Of a stretch of 64,000 bases of DNA, positions 10,185 to 19,626 are shown one piece after another. The position numbers and the translations under genes were made by a program. Source of the DNA: Salipiger bermudensis (lineage in GTDB: Archaea > Thermoplasmatota > Poseidoniia > Poseidoniales > Poseidoniaceae). The stretch spans positions 2,548 through 66,547 of the forward strand of contig CAXQWT010000040.1 of the NCBI GenBank assembly GCA_964227855.1. Reading direction: 5' to 3'. The notes under the pieces were generated by a model, which was given only the letters and a program-made list of their open reading frames with translations, was not told where the DNA came from and did no database searches. Numbering within the stretch: position 1 is the stretch's first letter; each line of letters opens with the position of its first letter.

Positions 10185-12212
10185 ATGGCAGATGTCGGTC
10201 GTCAGGAACCTGAGGGTGATGTGACCGATGCATCGACCTTCGATACAGAGCAATTAGGGTTCATGTGTGGTATTGAAGTCCACCAGCAACTTGCTACCGG
10301 AAAGCTCCATTCACGCCAACCTTCAATGCTCTTTGATGTAACCATTGATACCGTTCCAGACGATTGGCCTCGTTACGCTCGTAAACTGCGATTGGCTAGT
10401 GGCGAGGGCGGTAAAGTCGATGTGGCAGCGCGCTTTGAAAAGCGAAGAAACCGTTCTTTCGTATACATTCAATCACCAAATTCTGGTTTGATTGAATTGG
10501 ATGAAAGTCCTCCGCTCACACATGATTCTGATGCCCTCGATGTAGCGCTAACCGTCTCAGCAATGCTTGGAGCAAAGCCTGTAGGTGCTGTCCAAACAAT
10601 GAGAAAAACCGTTGTCGATGGTTCCAATACAAGCGGTTTCCAACGTACTTCTCTTATCTCAACAGATGGCACATTGAAGACTGAAACGGGGGATGTAGGA
10701 ATCGATGTTCTATGCCTTGAAGAAGACAGTGCTCGTAAACTGGAGAGTATATCTACCGATCACGGTGAACAGGTCATCTACAATCTTGACCGTCTTGGAG
10801 TACCGTTGATCGAGATTGCAACATCTCCTGATATCCAATCGCCCGAGCATGCAAAAGAGACGGCTATGGCTTTAGGACGAACGTTGCGAGACACCCGACG
10901 CGTTCGACGTGGACTTGGTTCCATTCGGCAAGATTTGAATGTCAGTGTTGCATGTGGAGACCGAGTTGAAATCAAGGGTTGTCAAGATCTTGGATGGATC
11001 CCTCGAATCGTTCGGCTAGAAATGGTTCGTCAAGTCCACATGTATCGTCTTGCGAACGAATTGCGTTCGTCACTCGGTTTGCCGTCACTCCCCCCAGATC
11101 GTGATCTTGATGACGTTCAAACTGAATCTGAAGTCGCTGAATCCGTTGCCAAACACATCCCTCTCGAATTCATGGATGTTACCTCATCCTTCTCGTCCTG
11201 TGAGAGTCGTATGGTTGTAGAAGGGCTTTCTGAAGGGTATTCAATGCTTGCACTCTCACTCAAGGGATTTGATGGGAAAATAGGTTCCAAGACTTTGGAT
11301 GTCGATGGCTCTCAACTCCCTCGACTCGGACGAGAGTTAGCAGGAGCTGCAAAACTTGCCGGTGTGCGAGGGGTCTTCCATTCTGACGAACTTCCCGCTT
11401 ACGGCATTGAACAAGAGCATGTTGAACTTGTTTGTTCTGAATTACAACTTGATGAAGCGGATGCGTTCGTACTCTGCCTTGCCCCAATCTGGCAAGCACG
11501 GCTTGCACTTGAATCGGTTGGGCGTAGGGCACGATTGGCATTCCATCGAATTCCCCAAGAGGTTCGAAATGTCGTTGTCAAGAAAGGAGCTCCTGATGAC
11601 GGAACAACCTCTCCCATGCGCCCACTACCGGGTGGTGCACGAATGTATCCTGAAACGGATGTACCAACCATTCCAATCCAACCAAGTCATTGGCAACGTA
11701 TCGCTGAGAATCTCCCAATGCGACAAGATGAGCGAATGCAACGCTTAGCCGGGACTGAACTTTCTGAAGATCAATGCAAACAACTTCTGTCACGAGAATT
11801 GGACGATTCATTCTTCGATTATCATGACTCAAAAAGCAAGGCTTGGGGAATGCTTCTCCTCGAACATGAATCTGTCCAACCAATCGTTTTGTCTCAAATT
11901 TTATCGGTTCGTGAACAAGGAAGACTCACCCGTGAAGGAATTGAGCAGGTTGTGGAACATTTCGCTCACGCCAATCATATCACGGCTGGAGAGATTGAAA
12001 CCTTTGCTCATGAAAACAATCTTGTTCCAGCCGATGTTGGTGACCTTGAATCAATTGTAGAAGGTATCGTTTTGGAACGTATTGATTTCGTCAAAGAGCG
12101 AGGAATGGGTGCAATGGGCCCACTCATGGGTGTTGTCATGGGCGCTTGTCCTGGAGTCGATGGCAAGGAAGTCAGTTCAGTACTCCGGACAATGATCCAG
12201 AGGCATTCATGA
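10185..12212 (+). CDS. gatE: Glu-tRNA(Gln) amidotransferase subunit E
   Basis: GIEVHQQL, MRKTVVDGSNTSGFQRT, LDRLGVPLIEIAT, RPLPGGARMYPETDVP and C-terminal Yqey-like tail. Confidence 0.95.
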   Translation: MADVGRQEPEGDVTDASTFDTEQLGFMCGIEVHQQLATGKLHSRQPSMLFDVTIDTVPDDWPRYARKLRLASGEGGKVDVAARFEKRRNRSFVYIQSPNSGLIELDESPPLTHDSDALDVALTVSAMLGAKPVGAVQTMRKTVVDGSNTSGFQRTSLISTDGTLKTETGDVGIDVLCLEEDSARKLESISTDHGEQVIYNLDRLGVPLIEIATSPDIQSPEHAKETAMALGRTLRDTRRVRRGLGSIRQDLNVSVACGDRVEIKGCQDLGWIPRIVRLEMVRQVHMYRLANELRSSLGLPSLPPDRDLDDVQTESEVAESVAKHIPLEFMDVTSSFSSCESRMVVEGLSEGYSMLALSLKGFDGKIGSKTLDVDGSQLPRLGRELAGAAKLAGVRGVFHSDELPAYGIEQEHVELVCSELQLDEADAFVLCLAPIWQARLALESVGRRARLAFHRIPQEVRNVVVKKGAPDDGTTSPMRPLPGGARMYPETDVPTIPIQPSHWQRIAENLPMRQDERMQRLAGTELSEDQCKQLLSRELDDSFFDYHDSKSKAWGMLLLEHESVQPIVLSQILSVREQGRLTREGIEQVVEHFAHANHITAGEIETFAHENNLVPADVGDLESIVEGIVLERIDFVKERGMGAMGPLMGVVMGACPGVDGKEVSSVLRTMIQRHS

Positions 12213-13831
12213 TGAGGATTGCATCGGTTCTTGTGCTTACACTGTTCATTGTACCTCTCGCCCAAGCCTCCTCAGATTCCTCATGGACGCATGAATTTGA
12301 ATCTGGATATATTTCAACGCAGCCTCTTATTCAAGAGGATTCCGTATTCGTTCGGATTTCGGGATTCTGGACGGGTGAAGAACGACCAATTGTTGCAGCA
12401 TTTGAACTCGAAACTGGAAACGAGATGTGGAGATACACGTCACAAACATCGCTTCAGCACGACATGGCACCTCTTCTCTTCGTAGAGGAGGGGGCTGGGG
12501 CCTGTGGCACTTGGAACGATCTTCTTTTGGTTGGTTGGGCTGATGGAATCATCACTGCCCATTCACCAACAAACGGCTCAATTGTCTGGCAAAATCAAAC
12601 CGAAGTAGAACTCATTGGCATCACGGGTAAGATGGCATTGGATGAAGACCGAGTAGTTGTTCCAACGCGCACAGGGCTGTCGAGTTTCTGTCTTGCAGAC
12701 GGTGTTGAATTGCTGGATGTTGACACTGGAAACATCGGTTGGAGAAATGGAGTTACGGTCATGGAGGGGGGGTACGTCTTCGGAGACGAATCCGGTTACC
12801 TCCACGAAGTGGATAGGAATGGAATTCTTTCAAGCACATTTCTTGGTGAAGGAAAAATACGCCATGCACCATTGGACACACGGCACGGCCTTCTTGTCCA
12901 TCTTCAAACATTGCAAGGTTCGACAATCTACCTCAATGGCTCAATCATAGCCAATGCAGGTACATCTCCTGCTATCCCTCTTCTCCACGAAGATCGCATC
13001 TATGCTGCTACCAATGATGAGTGGATTTCCATTCAATGCGATGAACAATCATGCGCTGTTGACTCTATGGAATCGTTCCGTTCCAACGGCGAATTGGCGT
13101 TACGTCTCGTTGAAAATGAAATCGAAGTATGGGCTCCATCCAACACTCCAGATGGCGGCTGGGGTGTTTTCAATCAATCTTCATTCATCCGTATGGAAAC
13201 GACCGTGTTCGACACATATGGAACCTCTGCACCGGGATTTGGACAAGGGGCAATCGCATTGGGTAATGACGCTGGTATTCTCTCGGTAAGTTACTCAGCC
13301 ACGAAGGATTCGTCACCAAACACATCCGAACTTGACGTTCTTGGAACAGTTCATTATCTGGTTATCATCATGCTTTTTGCTCTCTCGTGCTGTTTCTTTG
13401 CCTTGCAAAATTGGCAACAATTGGCGAAGTTTGGATCCGCTTTCCTTCTCGTTGTAGCTATCGCAGTAGTGCCGGAATTGTCCATTAAACTCTCCGAGCA
13501 AACCGCATCGGATCAGAACGTGGAATGGGATGCAACATGGCCAGATGAATGGAAAGGAACACAAGTAATCCTCTTCGAAATTAATGGTAAGGAGCATGTA
13601 ATTGGTGGATTAGAGCCGCAAGATACGGTCTATGATTTGACGTTGTTAGCGTGCGACTCACTGGAGATTACAACAGAAATTGAACAACAGTATCTCGGCG
13701 CATATTTGGTTTCGTTCAACGGGAGCGTTGGTGACGGTTGGGAATTTACAATCGATGGGACGTGGGCATCAGTTGGAATGTCTGATGCGCAACTTAATCC
13801 TGATTCAATCGTAGAATGGCGACCCGTTTGA
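12209..13831 (+). CDS. Secreted PQQ-type beta-propeller protein with TM hairpin and C-terminal DUF4430/transcobalamin-like domain
   Basis: Signal peptide; PQQ-like repeats (AFELETGNEMWRY, AHSPTNGSIVW); two TM helices; C-terminal TVYDL...GAYLVSFNG...GWEFTIDG...VG...VEW. ATGA overlap with the gatE stop. Confidence 0.7.
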   Translation: MMRIASVLVLTLFIVPLAQASSDSSWTHEFESGYISTQPLIQEDSVFVRISGFWTGEERPIVAAFELETGNEMWRYTSQTSLQHDMAPLLFVEEGAGACGTWNDLLLVGWADGIITAHSPTNGSIVWQNQTEVELIGITGKMALDEDRVVVPTRTGLSSFCLADGVELLDVDTGNIGWRNGVTVMEGGYVFGDESGYLHEVDRNGILSSTFLGEGKIRHAPLDTRHGLLVHLQTLQGSTIYLNGSIIANAGTSPAIPLLHEDRIYAATNDEWISIQCDEQSCAVDSMESFRSNGELALRLVENEIEVWAPSNTPDGGWGVFNQSSFIRMETTVFDTYGTSAPGFGQGAIALGNDAGILSVSYSATKDSSPNTSELDVLGTVHYLVIIMLFALSCCFFALQNWQQLAKFGSAFLLVVAIAVVPELSIKLSEQTASDQNVEWDATWPDEWKGTQVILFEINGKEHVIGGLEPQDTVYDLTLLACDSLEITTEIEQQYLGAYLVSFNGSVGDGWEFTIDGTWASVGMSDAQLNPDSIVEWRPV

Positions 13832-13869
13832 GCGGTAACACTCAAGGCTCACCGCTAAGTCGGGAGAAC

Positions 13870-14529
13870 ATGTTGAGCGCAATAGGCACCCACGGGCCTA
13901 CCGTCTCACCGCTTGCGATGGGGCTATTGAATGCCTCACTTTTCGCAGTCGCCGTTTGGTTGTTGGTTAAACCACAGCAAAAGACCGAAACATGGCTTTG
14001 GCCATTGTTCCTGTTCGTCGGCTTGGCTTCGGTTTCACGCATTGCAATGAGTTTCATTCCAAACGTAATGCCCGTCACCATCATGGCCGTTATGATCGGG
14101 TCCAAGTTTGGTGCGCAGCGCGGCTTTTCCTTTGCGATACTCGTTACGCTTGCTAGCAATGCAGTGCTTGGACATGGATGGTGGAGTTTCTTCCAGATGA
14201 TTGGATGGGGCTCAGTTGCTGCCGCAGCATCGATTGTGAAGGTTCATGATGTGGAAGGGAAACTATCGATGAGTCGACTTGCATTCGCATCTTTGTGGAG
14301 CGTTCCAATCTTCAGTATCATCGTCTCGGTTTCAATTCTTGATTCAAGCATGTCAATGATTGAATTCGGCCTCTACGTTGCGAATGGATTGCTGTACGAC
14401 GTTCTTCACTTCCTCGGCAATGTCTTCTTTGCCATGTGGTTTGGGCAATGGTTTGAGCGTCTGCTCATGATGAATCAACCGCAAAACCAGCTCGTCCAAC
14501 AGGAGAATGAGCATGTCAGCACTTTCTGA
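13870..14529 (+). CDS. ECF transporter S component, CbrT-like (putative cobalamin)
   Basis: About six TM helices with SRI...IPNVMPVT, FG...G, SNAVLGHGWWSFFQMIGWG and GLLYDVLHFLGN, matching the CbrT-type pattern. ATG 13870 follows GGGAG; upstream ATG 13816 is possible. Confidence 0.75.
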   Translation: MLSAIGTHGPTVSPLAMGLLNASLFAVAVWLLVKPQQKTETWLWPLFLFVGLASVSRIAMSFIPNVMPVTIMAVMIGSKFGAQRGFSFAILVTLASNAVLGHGWWSFFQMIGWGSVAAAASIVKVHDVEGKLSMSRLAFASLWSVPIFSIIVSVSILDSSMSMIEFGLYVANGLLYDVLHFLGNVFFAMWFGQWFERLLMMNQPQNQLVQQENEHVSTF

Positions 14530-14884
14530 TCCACCGACTATGGCGTTTCTTTGTCGGGTTGACCTCCAACTTTCATCTGGAAAGCTTGCTGTACAATGCG
14601 CACATGCGGCTGTGAGTTCTCTTCAGCGGGCCAAGAAAACGCATTCGAGAATGGTTCAACGTTGGACTGAATCAGCATCACGTAAGATTTGTCTTGCAGT
14701 CGAGGATGAAGATGAATTGGAGTATTACCTTGAACGTGTTCAAGACGCGTCACTTCCATTTGCTCTCATCAAGGATGCCGGTTTAACAGAAGTTGCACCA
14801 GGAACTGTGACCGTACTCGGAGTTGGACCCGGCCCGCGACACACAATGGACTCGCTGTTTCGAAATCTGAAAGCATACGAATGA
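14507..14884 (+). CDS. pth2: Peptidyl-tRNA hydrolase Pth2, copy 1
   Basis: DLQLSSGKLAVQCAHAA, KICL and DAGLTEVAPGTVTVLGVGP. Confidence 0.85.
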   Translation: MSMSALSDPPTMAFLCRVDLQLSSGKLAVQCAHAAVSSLQRAKKTHSRMVQRWTESASRKICLAVEDEDELEYYLERVQDASLPFALIKDAGLTEVAPGTVTVLGVGPGPRHTMDSLFRNLKAYE

Positions 14885-14893
14885 GGTCATCGG

Positions 14894-15313
14894 ATGGGTT
14901 TTCGAAGTTTTCTCCATCGAATCACTGCGCCGAAATTCCAACGGTTTGTTCATCGGGATGAATCGCTGAAGATGGTTTTCATCATTAATCACGACCTGAA
15001 AATGGGGAAAGGAAAAATAGCAGCACAAGTCGGTCACGCGGCTGTTAAAGCTACTCTGAAATCGGGAGAACTCCAGCCAGAACTCCTCGATGCATGGCTC
15101 TCTACAGGGCAGAAAAAAATCTGTGTGAAGGCCGATGATGCAAGGCATATTGAGCAGATTGAACAACAAGCAAAGCAACTTCAGGTTCTTACATCAAAGA
15201 TTTACGATGCTGGCCACACTCAAATTCCAGCAGGTTCGCTAACCGTTCTTGCACTGGGCCCTGAAGACGATAAGAAACTCGATACATTAACGGGAGAATT
15301 GAAACTTCTCTAA
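14894..15313 (+). CDS. pth2: Peptidyl-tRNA hydrolase Pth2, copy 2
   Basis: [40 protein letters not shown] and C-terminal TGELKLL. Confidence 0.9.
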   Translation: MGFRSFLHRITAPKFQRFVHRDESLKMVFIINHDLKMGKGKIAAQVGHAAVKATLKSGELQPELLDAWLSTGQKKICVKADDARHIEQIEQQAKQLQVLTSKIYDAGHTQIPAGSLTVLALGPEDDKKLDTLTGELKLL

Positions 15314-15351
15314 GTCGATTCTTTGAACATGGGAAACAAGGTGGACCAACC

Positions 15352-16398
15352 ATGCGCGACATCAACTCCAATCGGATTGACTTACGGTCGGATACCGTAA
15401 CCCAACCAACGATCGGAATGCGTGAGGCCATGGCACAAGCAGAAGTTGGAGACGATGTTCTCGGTGACGATCCTACTGTTCAGCAACTCGAATCGATGGT
15501 TGCTGAACTCTGTGGCAAGGAGGCTGGCCTCTTTGTTCCATCAGGAACCATGTCGAACGCTGTGGCATTGAAGACGCATACAGTACCAGGGGATGAGATT
15601 GTCACTGAGCGTTACAGCCACATCTACCTCTACGAAGGAGGCGGATATGCTGCTCTCTGTGGCTCAAGTATAGCTCTTCCAGAGGGAGTAAACGGCCTAC
15701 TAACGCCAGATCTCGTCGAACAATCCATCCGGAAGCAAAGCGGTTCGCAATCCCATTACCCGGATGGGACTCTGGTTTGCGTTGAGAATACAGCAAATCG
15801 CGGCGGTGGAACCTGCTACGAACAGGACGTTCTTGATGCAATTGCCGAAGTCTCGAAATCAAAGAATTGTTCAACGCACATCGATGGAGCCCGTATCTTC
15901 AATGCTTCAGTTGCAACAAACACAGCCTTGCCTCGAATGACACGCGATTACGATTCCATTTCCATTTGTTTATCCAAGGGCTTGGGCGCTCCAGTCGGTT
16001 CCGTACTCGTTGGTTCGGAAGCGTTCATTGAACAAGCCCATCGTTGGCGGAAAATGTTTGGCGGTGGCATGCGCCAATCAGGAATTCTTGCTGCTGCAGG
16101 ACTCTATGCACTCGAGAACAACATTCAACGAATGGAAGACGACCATCGTAGAGCGAGAACCATTGCTCAAGCAATTGATGAAATGGATCACGTTTCGGTG
16201 GACTTCGATGCCGTTCAAACCAATATGGTGTATTTCTCTGCAAGCAATTATTCTGCAAACGAAGTCTCACAAAAAATGGCTAAGGCAGGTATTGACATGT
16301 TCGATATTTCACCGACACATTGTCGAATCGTAACACACCTCCACATAACAGATGATGATGTCAAGAACGTTATCGAAGTGTTGTCGAATCTCGGTTGA
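15352..16398 (+). CDS. ltaE: Low-specificity L-threonine aldolase
   Basis: [30 protein letters not shown] and [12 protein letters not shown] (PLP lysine). Confidence 0.92.
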   Translation: MRDINSNRIDLRSDTVTQPTIGMREAMAQAEVGDDVLGDDPTVQQLESMVAELCGKEAGLFVPSGTMSNAVALKTHTVPGDEIVTERYSHIYLYEGGGYAALCGSSIALPEGVNGLLTPDLVEQSIRKQSGSQSHYPDGTLVCVENTANRGGGTCYEQDVLDAIAEVSKSKNCSTHIDGARIFNASVATNTALPRMTRDYDSISICLSKGLGAPVGSVLVGSEAFIEQAHRWRKMFGGGMRQSGILAAAGLYALENNIQRMEDDHRRARTIAQAIDEMDHVSVDFDAVQTNMVYFSASNYSANEVSQKMAKAGIDMFDISPTHCRIVTHLHITDDDVKNVIEVLSNLG

Positions 16399-16430
16399 AA
16401 CTTTTTAACACCTCGACAGACAAAACCTGC

Positions 16431-18689
16431 ATGATTGGGGAAGCCTGTGGCATCTGCCAAAACGAAAACATCGAAACAAACTGTTCAATCTGCATCCGCT
16501 GTGTTGAGTTAACAGAAGAAAGTAAATGGGCGCCGTCGTTACCTTTGGAGGTACATCAGCGAATGGCTGACGTCTTAGGTGGGCCTGTACGCTCACTTCG
16601 CAAACGATGGGGAAACCTTGAACGATTCATGTCTCATACTCCGGATGTTGATTGGGCCCGACTCGATGATCCCGAAATGGATCCGGTTCGAATGTCGCCT
16701 TTCCCTGAAGAAGAAGAAAAAATCTTCATTGAAAAACTTGAAAATCGAAGTGGTATTTCTGGTTATGAAAAAGAACGGTTGGAGGATGGCTTCCTCATGT
16801 CCGATGGAACTCTGCTATCCTTTATTGATGGAAGGATGTGGATTGATGGACGCTCACACGAAGCGAGAATTCCAACCGAGCAGTTTCTTCTTCTTCTCAT
16901 GAATACCGAAGAACGCAAAGGATGGGATGTAATCAAACTTTTTCTAGCGATCAGCGGGTTGTACCAAACAATCGATCTGCGAGGGCGGCCACAACGATAC
17001 ATGCAACGTTTCCATCGGCTTTTTGGTCAAATAGAGCGAGACCTTCTTTCTTCCTTTGACGCCTTTGCACAAACATCATTCCTCTTGGATCAAAATGAAC
17101 GAAGAAAGAAGATATCGAAGCTTCCAGATGAGCAAAGCTGGTCATATGAATTGATGAATCAACTTTCAGGGCGTCGTCCACGCCAAAGACTCAAGTTTGC
17201 GCGAAGGTTTATTCGAGAAGGGGAAAACAAATCCCTTTGCCCTTCAAAATGGCCTTGGGTTCAACGCTGGGTTGAAGTAAACAGTCAGGCCAATCACTCC
17301 AATGTTAGCTATCCATTCATGGTAAATGCAAAGGGTGTCCTTTGTTTTCGAACACTTGCTAAAAATGGAAATGTCCGACGAACTCCAATCCCGTTTCGTC
17401 CTGAATTATTGGCAGGTTTGATTTCGTGGGGATCGTCACCACATGCTTCGAAAGAAGGTGAATGGCTCATTGCTACACAAATGAATTGGACTGCGCCCTA
17501 TGGGGATGCAGAGACTGCAGACGTTCCATTCCGCCGTTCAATGCAATTCCTTCGAGGTGTACTCGAACAATTTCCAAACGATACCTGGGTTCACAGAGAC
17601 CGTTTACTCGTGCGAGGAATGCTTGGGCACTTCTACGAGGTCCGCATTAGCAGAGGAGCCCACAATGCACCCTTCAAAATCCATGGAGTAGGGAAAAAGC
17701 AAACACAGCGTCATTCGATTTGCATTCATACTGGAAAATACCATCGAGATATACCAATCGGAGACACGATTGCTATTGTTGTTCTCTCATTACTTTCGGA
17801 TGTCACCACTGGAAAACGCGTGAACAGTCTCCAAATGCATCTGATGACACAACCACCGATCGGCCATCCACAAAAGGATACAGGCGTAGACCCACAGACC
17901 TTTTACCAGACAAATGGCAGTGGATTTCGGTTTCCTTTGCACCCGCTCCTTCTTCGCGATGAAGGGGAGGTCGAAGAAATCGATTTGCAATCCCTTGATT
18001 TGATGACGGACAAGTCAATTGTTGAGGACTGGAGGATGCGTCCTTTGCGAGATGCAAGCTACGATCGGCCTGGCCATCTCAACCCTGCATTCGATTTTGA
18101 TTGGGATGATGAACAAATCCAAGAAGGGGACTTCTACCGCCGACGAGAAAACCCACCGTTCTTTCAGCAAATTCGAAACAACGTGATTGAGTACCGAGAC
18201 AATATAATCGAGTATAGAAACCTCGTTGAGGGCCGGCAGGACGAGGGTGAAGAAAGACCTCGTCTTGGCGACGATCAGTTTCATCGTTGGTATCATACGA
18301 TGCCCCTCGTATGGGAGGCTTTGTCCTTACAACCAATTGGACATCAAGTCGAACTAGGAGGAATTCGGGGCTTGTTTCGGATGCAGGGATGCAGGTTGAG
18401 ACTTACAATCCGCTCCGCTCAGGAGGAAGACGCCTTGCGACGAATTCTCGAAATCCTTGGATACCGACATGCTCGCTATCGGCAACTCAATCAAGTCTAC
18501 ATCCGCAGAGACTTCCCTATTGCAGATCCGCGACAGGTGCTGCGAGAACTGATGGAACCGATGACAGAAGAATTTGGTTTCGCTAACATTGATGATTACG
18601 TCCTTCGCTTCATCGAAGTAGGACGCCCGCCTGATCGGATGCCTGAAGTCGATGCACGTTTGCATGCAAACATGGTAGACTTTTACTGA
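16431..18689 (+). CDS. Hypothetical protein (~750 aa) with N-terminal Cys cluster
   Basis: Long ORF filling the gap between neighbours; N-terminal CGIC...CSICIRC. ATG 16431 lies ~25 bp after a TTTTTAAC TATA-like box (the ORF track starts at TTG 16395). Confidence 0.75.
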   Translation: MIGEACGICQNENIETNCSICIRCVELTEESKWAPSLPLEVHQRMADVLGGPVRSLRKRWGNLERFMSHTPDVDWARLDDPEMDPVRMSPFPEEEEKIFIEKLENRSGISGYEKERLEDGFLMSDGTLLSFIDGRMWIDGRSHEARIPTEQFLLLLMNTEERKGWDVIKLFLAISGLYQTIDLRGRPQRYMQRFHRLFGQIERDLLSSFDAFAQTSFLLDQNERRKKISKLPDEQSWSYELMNQLSGRRPRQRLKFARRFIREGENKSLCPSKWPWVQRWVEVNSQANHSNVSYPFMVNAKGVLCFRTLAKNGNVRRTPIPFRPELLAGLISWGSSPHASKEGEWLIATQMNWTAPYGDAETADVPFRRSMQFLRGVLEQFPNDTWVHRDRLLVRGMLGHFYEVRISRGAHNAPFKIHGVGKKQTQRHSICIHTGKYHRDIPIGDTIAIVVLSLLSDVTTGKRVNSLQMHLMTQPPIGHPQKDTGVDPQTFYQTNGSGFRFPLHPLLLRDEGEVEEIDLQSLDLMTDKSIVEDWRMRPLRDASYDRPGHLNPAFDFDWDDEQIQEGDFYRRRENPPFFQQIRNNVIEYRDNIIEYRNLVEGRQDEGEERPRLGDDQFHRWYHTMPLVWEALSLQPIGHQVELGGIRGLFRMQGCRLRLTIRSAQEEDALRRILEILGYRHARYRQLNQVYIRRDFPIADPRQVLRELMEPMTEEFGFANIDDYVLRFIEVGRPPDRMPEVDARLHANMVDFY

Positions 18690-19579
18690 TTCTTGCGCAA
18701 CAATGCTACTGCAAGAATTGAAAGTACCGTCAATGACATTGGGATGAACGGCGTATCTTCAGTAATTGGTTCGGGTTGTTGTTCTTCTTCAATGACGACT
18801 GGTTCGATGTATTCTTCAAAAACGAGATGGACTTCTAGATCACTATCGTCGTAGGCATTTGCATAGCTGACATCCATCGTTCCAGTTGAGAAGCCAGTAG
18901 AGTCTACGACTCCTACGTCAATAATTTCTCGCAGGACGTGAGGATAATACTGCTGGTTGTTTGTGCCTTCGGGAAAGTAAGCCACTGTTTCTACCATCCA
19001 AATCGAGACGTTGTAAATCTTGTCGGTCGAATGATTGAAACTCCACGTAACGGTTCCAGAGTTTGTACCAGTAGGCACCCACATTAACGACATTAACCCC
19101 TCTCCTGCATCGTTAGGACGCTGTGCTAAATCAGTGTAATCAGCAACTAGAGAATCTCCAACAGGTTTGCTTCCTGTAATGGCATAGAGTCCGTTAAATC
19201 CTGCAATTGGTGGAGACCAAGGGGTGAAATCACCATATCGATCACGGAACCATTGGTCAACAGATTCACTTCCAAGGGGGTCCTCAGGGTCGTAGATGTT
19301 TCGATGGACGGCATAAATTTGCATGTTGACGCTTAGGGCAACTTCATCCATTGCCTCCTCCACATCCACACAATTCGAGCACCATGTAGCCGTGTAATCT
19401 TCGACAATTGCAGGTAGGTCATCGAAGGAACTGTTCACTGCAATGGATTCATTTGCCATTCCATGCAGTCCGCCGAGCAACAAACCTGAATCCAACTCTT
19501 CAACTTCAGCAGCATTGGATGAAGGAATCAGGCAGGACAATACGATCACGGACAAAGCCATAGCGAGAATACGAGACAT
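18683..19579 (-). CDS. Secreted thioredoxin-fold (Omp28-like) protein with archaeosortase-type C-terminal anchor
   Basis: Signal peptide; VEDYTATWCSNC CxxC; HVLR motif; C-terminal TPFIP + hydrophobic helix + RK. Confidence 0.7.
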   Translation of the reverse strand: MSRILAMALSVIVLSCLIPSSNAAEVEELDSGLLLGGLHGMANESIAVNSSFDDLPAIVEDYTATWCSNCVDVEEAMDEVALSVNMQIYAVHRNIYDPEDPLGSESVDQWFRDRYGDFTPWSPPIAGFNGLYAITGSKPVGDSLVADYTDLAQRPNDAGEGLMSLMWVPTGTNSGTVTWSFNHSTDKIYNVSIWMVETVAYFPEGTNNQQYYPHVLREIIDVGVVDSTGFSTGTMDVSYANAYDDSDLEVHLVFEEYIEPVVIEEEQQPEPITEDTPFIPMSLTVLSILAVALLRKNQ

Positions 19580-19626
19580 GAATTCTCGCACAAGTAACCC
19601 CCTTATGAGGGAATCCTCTGTCTGAT

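Noticed and set aside
12146..12212. Cobalamin riboswitch upstream of the putative B12 module
   Set aside because: The gene overlaps the gatE stop, so there is no leader, and no B12-box was seen.
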